Source of the DNA: Actinomycetes bacterium
Lineage (GTDB): Bacteria; Actinomycetota; Actinomycetes; S36-B12
Length of the DNA: 64,000 bases
NCBI GenBank assembly: GCA_965657825.1
Contig: CBFHQG010000003.1
Coordinates: 910-64,909, forward strand
Direction of reading: 5' to 3'
Position 1 is the stretch's first letter. Every line of letters starts with the position of its first letter. Both the position numbers and the translations under genes were made by a program. This document shows positions 8,975-15,951 of the stretch, piece by piece. Below the pieces are notes generated by a model that had not been told where the DNA came from, did no database searches, and saw only the letters and a program-made list of their open reading frames with translations.

Positions 8975-10461
8975 GGTCGATGCAGGCGTGCCAGGCGGGC
9001 CCGATCGGCCTGGGCATCGGCGAGTCCGCGCGCAGTGGGCAGATCGACCTGCAACGCCGACAGGCTCACCGGGCCGGGCGCGACGTCGAAGGCGACGGTC
9101 GCGAGACGCAGGGCACGTTGCCACGGACCCTGCATGACACGCACCGATTGATTGCGCGCATGGGGGGCGAGACTGATCCGGCGGGTGATGCGGCCAGTAC
9201 GCGTGGCAATGACCTGTTCGGTGGCGGCCCACGCCAGAAACGCCCACTGGAACGGCTCGCGCCAGCGGGCGCGACGTGGTGCGCTCACCCACGGCAGGTC
9301 ATCGACGGTGACCCCGGGAAGCACCTGTTCGATGATCGCGAGAGCTTCATCGCGCGGGGCGACGGGAAGCAGCACAGCCCGGCCGGTCTCCTGACCTTCA
9401 CCGCCGACCCCGGCCACGGTGAGTTGGACCCGCACCCAGTGAAAGCGCCGCCACAGCAGGGGCGCCACGATCTCCACCGCCTGGATGCGCCCCACCGGCA
9501 CTGTGCGGGTCTGGGTCTGTAGCAGCCCATTCCGCAGACGCAGCCCATCTCGCGTGCGCGAGAGCTGGAAGTTCGAATAGGTGAAGAACTCGCTGATAAT
9601 CGCGAACAGCGGCACACCACCGGTGATGAGCGCGACGGCAAGCGACGCGACACCCTGGGTCCGGATGGTGAACAGGATGAACAGCACCGTCAGGATGAAC
9701 AGGGTCACCGTGGTCGTGCGCAGCAGCAGCGAACCGAACAGCCGCCCGGTTGGCACACTGGCCAACAGTTCGCCATCCATCTGGTTCGCCAGGTTGGGTA
9801 GTGCGGCCTGGTCGTGTTCGCCGTCGTCGACACCTGCTATCGCAGCACCCTCAGGGTTCGTGCGCAGTGCCGCTTTCGCCAGAATCGTCACGCGCAGATC
9901 CTCCGCCTGACTCTTCGTCAGATAGCGCAGCACGGCACGCGAATCACCGGCACCAGCCACCTCGATGCGCACTTCGACGAACCCGAGCAGGCGCGCGATC
10001 AGTGGCGAAACAGCATCGACGCTCTGCAGACGGGACAGTTGCAGCCGCCGAGCCTGGCGCTGGAAGATTCCTGAATCGACATGCAGGTCGCCGTCGGCGT
10101 CGAGGTAATACGTCAGCTTCTGCCACGACCACCAGCCGAATCCTGCTGCGACCGCCGCGATGACGATGGTCGCGATCGCGGCACCGATCGCCGCGGGCAA
10201 CCCGATGTCCTCCCAGAGCCCACCGAGTGGGAGCAGCATGCCGATATAGACCGCGGGCACGATGCGCGCGGCGAGCACGATCGGGGATGCCGGGTGCGTG
10301 CGCCGCGGGATCGACAGGTCCATCAGCGCAGCCGGTGCGTACGCGGTCCGTGGATCAGGGGGCGGCGCATCGCCGGGCGGCGGGACATGCTCGAGCAGTG
10401 GGTGCGTTTCGTCCTGCTCAGACTGACCCGGTTGCGAATGCTCGGGGAACTGCCCGGTCAC
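8971..10461 (-). CDS. YdbT-like membrane protein with repeated bacterial PH (bPH_2) domains
   Basis: 496 aa from the GTG at 10461 (GTGA overlap with the ydbS-like stop). Hydrophobic hairpins alternate with repeated soluble modules (three repeats of the pattern ...VPVGRIQAVE...). The upstream part of the 593-aa ORF is rejected. Confidence 0.7.
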   Translation of the reverse strand: MTGQFPEHSQPGQSEQDETHPLLEHVPPPGDAPPPDPRTAYAPAALMDLSIPRRTHPASPIVLAARIVPAVYIGMLLPLGGLWEDIGLPAAIGAAIATIVIAAVAAGFGWWSWQKLTYYLDADGDLHVDSGIFQRQARRLQLSRLQSVDAVSPLIARLLGFVEVRIEVAGAGDSRAVLRYLTKSQAEDLRVTILAKAALRTNPEGAAIAGVDDGEHDQAALPNLANQMDGELLASVPTGRLFGSLLLRTTTVTLFILTVLFILFTIRTQGVASLAVALITGGVPLFAIISEFFTYSNFQLSRTRDGLRLRNGLLQTQTRTVPVGRIQAVEIVAPLLWRRFHWVRVQLTVAGVGGEGQETGRAVLLPVAPRDEALAIIEQVLPGVTVDDLPWVSAPRRARWREPFQWAFLAWAATEQVIATRTGRITRRISLAPHARNQSVRVMQGPWQRALRLATVAFDVAPGPVSLSALQVDLPTARGLADAQADRARLARLHRP

Positions 10462-10970
10462 ATGCCTGCCGATCGCTCCTCGCCGCGTGCGGCGAGCCGA
10501 TCCCGCAGAGCCGCCGCCTCGTCGGGAGGCAGGCCGGGGATCGCGGCGTCGGTGGTGGCTGCCGCGGTGTGCAACTGAACGGTCGCGATACCCAGCCAAC
10601 GATCGATCGGCCCCGCGGTGAGGTCGACCATCTGCATGCGGCCATAGGGCACGATGACCAACCGGCGGATGAGGATGCCGCTGACCACCAGCAGATCCGT
10701 CTCGCGTTCGGCATAGCCATAGGACCGCACCCGCCGGCCGATCAACCACCACGCCCAGATGAATCCGACGACGACGACGGCCGTCGCGATCGCGGCCACC
10801 CAGGTGGGGATCGGTGGGATCAGCCAGAGAGCGATCAGCAACGCGACCTCGAACAGGGTGCCGAAGACAAGCGTGATGCGTCGGGCGGTGATGAGCTTGG
10901 GCGACACCCGCACCCAGTTCTCCTGCGGTGGGGCGAAGGCCTCATCAACCTCGTGCACGTGGGAACTCAC
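10458..10970 (-). CDS. YdbS-like PH-domain membrane protein
   Basis: 170 aa with two TM helices followed by a bPH_2-like module (VPYGRMQMVDLTAGPIDRWLGIATVQLHTA). GTG start. Confidence 0.75.
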   Translation of the reverse strand: MSSHVHEVDEAFAPPQENWVRVSPKLITARRITLVFGTLFEVALLIALWLIPPIPTWVAAIATAVVVVGFIWAWWLIGRRVRSYGYAERETDLLVVSGILIRRLVIVPYGRMQMVDLTAGPIDRWLGIATVQLHTAAATTDAAIPGLPPDEAAALRDRLAARGEERSAGM

Positions 10971-10975
10971 CTTCT

Positions 10976-11003
10976 TACTCTGTCATGCCTACTCTGTCGT
11001 GCC
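10976..11003. repeat. 14-bp tandem repeat in the ydbS / nuoD-like divergent region
   Basis: TACTCTGTCATGCC followed by TACTCTGTCGTGCC (1 mismatch), beginning 6 nt upstream of the ydbS-like GTG. A second tandem repeat, TCAGGAC x2, lies at 11082-11095. Confidence 0.8.
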
Positions 11004-11114
11004 TGCCTCGCACATCCACCGTGCCTTCATGGCAGGGTGGGCCCGTGTCCGCTGCACCTCCCTCCGATGGCCCCCGAGGCCTCAGGACTCAGGACTGACG
11101 AGGTGACGACCGAG

Positions 11115-12248
11115 ATGCAGGTCATCGGCATCGGTGCCGCCCCCGCCGACATCACCCTCGACCTCGGCGAACTGCACCCCAGCGCCCATGGCGGGATGCG
11201 TGTCCGCTGCTCTTTCACTGATGTTTCTCAGACCGGATCGGTCCGAGTCGCGACGGCTGAACCGTTACCCGGCCTGCTGCACCGCGGGGCCGAGAAACTG
11301 CTCGAGGTGCGCGACTACCGAGCCGGTCTCATGCTCGCCAACCGTCACGACTGGCTGTCTGCGGTGACCAGCGAGGTGACGATGGCCCTCGCCGTCGAAG
11401 AGTTGCTGGGGTTGACTCCCCCGCCGCGGGCGACATGGTTGCGCACCGCGCTGTGCGAGATGAACCGCGTGATGGCCGGGCTGTTGCATCTGATCGGTGC
11501 CGCCACGCTGCCAGGGCGCGGGGTGAGCGCCGCGGAGGTTCCTGGTTTGGCTGCCCGCGAGGCGTGGCAGCACGCACTGGATCGCATCAGCGGGGGCCGG
11601 ATCCACGCGATGGTCACCCGCATCGGCGGGCTGGCCAATGACGCGCCGGATGGTTGGGTCGACGACGTGCGCGCTGCGGTCGCGGCGACGCGGCAGCAAC
11701 TACCGGAGTTGGCTGAATTAGCGGTCGCGGCAGTATCCGGCGACAGCGTCGCGGTGCTGTCCCATGAGGATGCGGTGGCGTACTCGGTGAGCGGTCCGGT
11801 GGCACGCGCGAGTGGTTTCGACCTCGACCTGCGCCGTGACTCCCCGTCCCTTGCCTATGCCGACCTCGCCGATGTGCTGCGGGTCGCGGTCGGCACCGCG
11901 GGTGATGCTGCGGCGAGGTACGCGGTGCTCGCCGAACAGATCGGCTACGACCTCGACCTGATCGAGGCGTGCCTGGAGCGGCTACCCGACGGTGAGGTGA
12001 ACGTGCAATTGCCCAAGGTCGTGCGCGCCCCGGTGGGCACCGCGTACGCCTGGCTGGAGGCGGCCACGGGGATCAACGGGGTGCTCGTGGTGAGCACCGG
12101 GGAGACGACACCGTGGCGCGTACGGCTACGCACCGCGTCGTATGCGAATGTGCAGGCGATGAGTGCTGCGCTCCCGGGCACCGCGCTCGGCGACCTGCCG
12201 GGCGCGATCGGGTCGTTCTTGTTCATCGTCGGCGACCTCGACCACTAA
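11115..12248 (+). CDS. orphan NADH-quinone oxidoreductase subunit D (NuoD/NDUFS2)-like protein
   Basis: 377 aa. GAGG lies 11 nt upstream of the ATG at 11115. Blocks colinear with NuoD: HPSAHGGMR, GLLHRGAEKLLE, ALAVEELLGLTPPPRATWLR, DRISGGRIHA, and C-terminal IVGDLDH. No other nuo genes are in the window. Confidence 0.8.
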   Translation: MQVIGIGAAPADITLDLGELHPSAHGGMRVRCSFTDVSQTGSVRVATAEPLPGLLHRGAEKLLEVRDYRAGLMLANRHDWLSAVTSEVTMALAVEELLGLTPPPRATWLRTALCEMNRVMAGLLHLIGAATLPGRGVSAAEVPGLAAREAWQHALDRISGGRIHAMVTRIGGLANDAPDGWVDDVRAAVAATRQQLPELAELAVAAVSGDSVAVLSHEDAVAYSVSGPVARASGFDLDLRRDSPSLAYADLADVLRVAVGTAGDAAARYAVLAEQIGYDLDLIEACLERLPDGEVNVQLPKVVRAPVGTAYAWLEAATGINGVLVVSTGETTPWRVRLRTASYANVQAMSAALPGTALGDLPGAIGSFLFIVGDLDH

Positions 12249-12266
12249 CGAAGGCTGGTCGTCACA

Positions 12267-12325
12267 GAGAACGACGCCTAACCGGACTAACTCACCGCCC
12301 TTAATCCGGTTTACCGTCGTTCTCG
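12267..12325 (+). repeat. copy A of a repeated ~60-nt intergenic hairpin element
   Basis: A perfect 10-bp outer stem (GAGAACGACG / CGTCGTTCTC) plus an inner stem (TAACCGGA / TCCGGTTTA). It shares the cores AACCGGACTAAC and CGTCGTTCTCG with copy B at an identical 35-nt offset. Confidence 0.75.
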
Positions 12326-12338
12326 CAGGCCTCACCGC

Positions 12339-15110
12339 TCAACGGGGGCGGATGATCACCCGGTTGGACTTCACGTCACTGTCGATGCCCCGGAAATACA
12401 CGTACACCTTCTTGCCCGTGCGCCGCTCCCAGGTGAAATCACCCTCAGCATTGACCGTCACGCGAGATACACCCTCCGTGTACGACGTCTGCCCGGGGAA
12501 CTTCACCCACGGCGCCACCTGCTCCCCCGCCATGCCCGTCGTCTCACCGGACACGATCACCCCGGGACGACCCCGCACCTCTCCTCGAGTGCCGGTGATG
12601 AGGATCGACTTCTCCACCGGCGGCGCTTCCGGGGTGAACGGTGCACTCGGTGCCGAGAAGGCACCCCAGCCCGCACCACTCAACGCCCGCACCGCCACCG
12701 TGTACTCGGTGCCATTGGTCAACCCAGTGATCACACACGGAGAAGAAGCACTCAGACACGTTTGCCCACCAGGAGACACCACCGCCTGGAACGTCGAAAC
12801 CGGGAACGACCCACTCGACGCCGACGGCGACCAGGTGATCGTCGCCTCACCATCACGCGCCGTGCCAGAAACACTCAACGGAGCCGACGGCGGAATCACC
12901 GGAGCCGGCGGTGAAGGCTTCGCCGAGTTCAACACCGCACCCAATACCGCAGGAGACCCACGCGTCGCCCCCAACTGATCCACGTCATACGGCACAGGAA
13001 GTCGCGTCGTCAGGAAGTTCTCGACGATCACCGGGGAATTCCATGCGGGACGTGCTGTGGGCAGGAAGTAGGCCCCATCAGCCCCAATGCGGGGCCCCCC
13101 GTTGTCACCAAGGGCACCCAGCAGCGGATTCCCGAAGATTGGGGAGTAGCTGTCATCCTTTACCTTGATAGCCGCAAAAGATGTCACCGATGACGTCACC
13201 AAGGTGACACTGTCGTCACTGGTGGGGCCCCCAAGGTCACTAGCCGTATCGTCGTCCACCGTGTTGTTCCAGAGCACTGAGTTCACCACATATGCCAGAT
13301 TCACGCTTTCAGAGAAGAAGATGCCAGCCCCATCATCGACTCCCCGCGAAGTATCCAGCAGGGAATTATCCGTCACCGTCACATACGACAACTGAAATAC
13401 AAAGGGTTCGGGATACGTGCCTGTGGGCGGATGCAGCTCCATCCCCCAGTAGGCGCCAGCTCCGTGCTGGGTTGCCCTATTCCCGGAAATCGTCGAGTTG
13501 TAAAGGAACGCCTCGTATGACGGAGTGATTCCGACTCCACCGACCGCCTGGATTCCTCCCCCCGTGTAGGGAGCGGTGTCGTCACCGTTTGCGATGAACG
13601 AGGAGTTGTTAATTTTCATGTCGTCTGGATAGGGAATCTGCGCGTATAGACCAGCCCCCTTGATCTTCGCATCATTCCCCACGAAAGCAGTTCCGCTGAC
13701 ATTCAGGGAACGGGGTGTAGATGTGTCATCTCTGGCGAAGGCGATCCCACCCCCCTTGACCGCGTAGTTATTCGCAAAGTAGGACTCTTCGATTTCAAGG
13801 TCCCCGTTTATTGCGGATATCGCGCCGCCCACGGCTGTGTCGTCTCCTGACGTCACCCGATTGCCTACGAATGTCGAGCCATGTATGCGGTTGCCTTGGG
13901 AGCTGAAGACAGCTAGGGCTCCGCCACTTTGTCCTGCGGTGTTGTTAAGGAAGGTCGCACCCGTCTGGGCATACCCCACCGCGATGTCGATGTCCGAACC
14001 CGGGAACAAAAAGATCGCGCCCCCGACATAATCGGCGTGGTTTGCTTCAAAAACGGTTTCGTTTCCTTGATACCCGTATATGTTCACCTCTGCATCGCTC
14101 GCTGAGATCGCACCACCCGAACTAAAACTGGGTGAAGCACCATTACTGGCAACGTTCGCGGTGAATGCAGAGTTGAAGATTAATAGGTCTCGATCCGTCA
14201 CGTTGACAGCGCCGCCGGTGGAAGAAGCCCGATTCGAGGAGAATTCCGAAAACGCGAGGATCACGTCGTGATCAGCCGATATCGCTCCACCGTAAACAGC
14301 ACTGTTAGCGGTGAACTCCGTATTGTAGATGTCCAACGTGTCACCCTCGCTGTACACGGCACCGCCCTTATCTGACGCCGTGTTCTGCGAAAAGCTCGAA
14401 TATTCGATCTCCAATTCCTCAACGGTGTATACCGCACCGCCCTTTACGGCACGATTCCCCATGAAGCGAGAGTTATAGATGAACGTATCAACGCCTGTGT
14501 AGGCAGCACCGCCCCTACCATCAGCAATGTTTCCAGAGAAAACAGCATCGTAAATGCGGACTTGATCAAGAATATTCGCCCCCTTGGCTCTAAGTGCGGC
14601 GCCGTCACCCGCCACCGTGTCATCTCCGGCGAAGGTCAGCGAGCGGATAATCACACTGTCATCACCAGGGTCCGAGAAGTCGACATCCAGGTGTCGCAGG
14701 GACGTGTCGTCACCGTCCTGGGCGGGCAGCAGGGTGATCGAACTGTCATCACCCATCAGTGTGATGCTGGTGTCGTCGAGAAAGAGTGTCTGCGACAACC
14801 GGAACCCCGATGTCCCGGTGATGCAGATGATGTCGCCATCCACGCTCGAGGTGATCGCCGCCTGCAACGTCGTATCGTCATCGACATAGGTCTTCACACC
14901 GGGCACATCTTCACAGCCAGACAGCGTCACCGGCGGCGCCAGACCGTTGCGCGTCCCCACCTGACCGCCACCGGGGGCGGCATACGTGGGCTGCGGCCGC
15001 AGAGCGCCCAGATACGTGCCCAGCAAACTCGCGGTAGCCACCAGCGACACCGCCGCCATCCGCTGACCACGGCGACGTCGAACCTGGCGGGGGGAACCAG
15101 GACTACTCAC
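12339..15110 (-). CDS. secreted parallel beta-helix protein with Pmp-type repeats, a choice-of-anchor-Q-like segment, an FN3 domain and an unknown C-terminal domain
   Basis: 923 aa. The GTG at 15110 is preceded by GAGGAG. Signal-peptide-like N-terminus (RRRRGQRMAAVSLVATASLLG...TYAAP). About 14 GGA[IVL] motifs alternate with F..N motifs. Also carries GNPLLGALGDNGGP and the FN3 signature TNGTEYTVAV. I saw no LPXTG motif. Confidence 0.8.
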   Translation of the reverse strand: MSSPGSPRQVRRRRGQRMAAVSLVATASLLGTYLGALRPQPTYAAPGGGQVGTRNGLAPPVTLSGCEDVPGVKTYVDDDTTLQAAITSSVDGDIICITGTSGFRLSQTLFLDDTSITLMGDDSSITLLPAQDGDDTSLRHLDVDFSDPGDDSVIIRSLTFAGDDTVAGDGAALRAKGANILDQVRIYDAVFSGNIADGRGGAAYTGVDTFIYNSRFMGNRAVKGGAVYTVEELEIEYSSFSQNTASDKGGAVYSEGDTLDIYNTEFTANSAVYGGAISADHDVILAFSEFSSNRASSTGGAVNVTDRDLLIFNSAFTANVASNGASPSFSSGGAISASDAEVNIYGYQGNETVFEANHADYVGGAIFLFPGSDIDIAVGYAQTGATFLNNTAGQSGGALAVFSSQGNRIHGSTFVGNRVTSGDDTAVGGAISAINGDLEIEESYFANNYAVKGGGIAFARDDTSTPRSLNVSGTAFVGNDAKIKGAGLYAQIPYPDDMKINNSSFIANGDDTAPYTGGGIQAVGGVGITPSYEAFLYNSTISGNRATQHGAGAYWGMELHPPTGTYPEPFVFQLSYVTVTDNSLLDTSRGVDDGAGIFFSESVNLAYVVNSVLWNNTVDDDTASDLGGPTSDDSVTLVTSSVTSFAAIKVKDDSYSPIFGNPLLGALGDNGGPRIGADGAYFLPTARPAWNSPVIVENFLTTRLPVPYDVDQLGATRGSPAVLGAVLNSAKPSPPAPVIPPSAPLSVSGTARDGEATITWSPSASSGSFPVSTFQAVVSPGGQTCLSASSPCVITGLTNGTEYTVAVRALSGAGWGAFSAPSAPFTPEAPPVEKSILITGTRGEVRGRPGVIVSGETTGMAGEQVAPWVKFPGQTSYTEGVSRVTVNAEGDFTWERRTGKKVYVYFRGIDSDVKSNRVIIRPR

Positions 15111-15215
15111 GAGAACTCCTCACAGCGTTGCGCGCAGACTTCAACGTCTGACGATCGCCTTCAACATAGGTGCCACTCCCACGAAACACCTAGGAAGAAT
15201 CGACGGAGGACTCTA

Positions 15216-15238
15216 AATGTGAGGACATCCTCCACATT
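15216..15238. promoter_or_regulatory. imperfect palindrome in the divergent promoter region between the beta-helix protein gene and the response regulator gene
   Basis: AATGTGAGGA-CA-TCCTCCACATT. The outer 6 bp are perfect and the inner 4 bp pair after a 1-nt bulge. It is a candidate LuxR-type operator. Confidence 0.4.
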
Positions 15239-15308
15239 CCGACCAGACACCGGGCTTGTCACCCCGCATCAGCCACAGCGCACTACCGTGGAAGCGGAGG
15301 TGAGGAAC

Positions 15309-15944
15309 ATGCGCGTGATGATCGTCGACGACGACGGCTTCACCCGCATGCTGCTCGGATCAACCGTCCGAGAACTCGGCCACGATGTCGTCGCCGAAGA
15401 AGCCGACGTCACCGCCGGCATGGACGCACTACGCATGACCAAGCCCGAAGCGGCGATCGTCGACCTCGACTTCGGCCATGGACCCTCGGGTATCGACCTG
15501 GCCCACGGACTCCGCCATCTCAGCCCACACATTGGCATTGTGATCCTCACCGGCTATGCCGATCCGCGGCTGCTCGGCCACACTGGGGACATGCCAGCAG
15601 GATCGGTGTACCTGGTGAAGCGTTCCGTTCAGGATCCTCATGTTCTCGAGGCCGCACTTCACATCAGCATCGACCCGAAGTCCGCCACGTATCTCGAGAC
15701 ACTCCCCACAAGGGAATCCATCGGCAGGAACCGTCGGATCTCCGACAAGCAGGTCGAGGTCATGCGGTTGGTCGCTGACGGCTACACCAATACTGAGATC
15801 GCCAAACGCCAGCACATCACCGTGTCCACGGTCGAGAAGGCGATTGCGAGGCTCGCCGATCAGCTCGGTCTCGATACTTCGTCAGAGATGAACCACCGGG
15901 TACTCATCACCCAGGCCTACTTCCGATTCACCGGTGCGAGGTGA
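15309..15944 (+). CDS. response regulator, NarL/LuxR family
   Basis: 211 aa. GGAGGTGAGG lies upstream of the ATG. Receiver residues DDD, IVDLD, ILTGY and LVKRS are present. C-terminal LuxR HTH (VEVMRLVADGYTNTEIAKRQHITVSTVEKAI). Confidence 0.9.
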   Translation: MRVMIVDDDGFTRMLLGSTVRELGHDVVAEEADVTAGMDALRMTKPEAAIVDLDFGHGPSGIDLAHGLRHLSPHIGIVILTGYADPRLLGHTGDMPAGSVYLVKRSVQDPHVLEAALHISIDPKSATYLETLPTRESIGRNRRISDKQVEVMRLVADGYTNTEIAKRQHITVSTVEKAIARLADQLGLDTSSEMNHRVLITQAYFRFTGAR

Positions 15945-15951
15945 GGCGCCC

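Noticed and set aside
10227-11114. The upstream 296 codons of the 673-aa ORF containing the NuoD-like gene.
   Set aside because: It overlaps the ydbS-like and ydbT-like genes on the opposite strand and has a low-complexity translation. NuoD homology begins only after the ATG at 11115, which has a GAGG upstream.
15059-15110. A Tat (twin-arginine) signal in the beta-helix protein, suggested by RRRRGQRM.
   Set aside because: The context does not match the S/T-R-R-x-F-L-K consensus. It is more simply a positively charged n-region of a Sec signal peptide. It cannot be decided without a predictor.
14562-15308. The long 5' extension of the response-regulator ORF.
   Set aside because: It is antisense to the beta-helix protein gene and crosses the intergenic region. 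The receiver domain begins at the ATG at 15309, which has a strong RBS.
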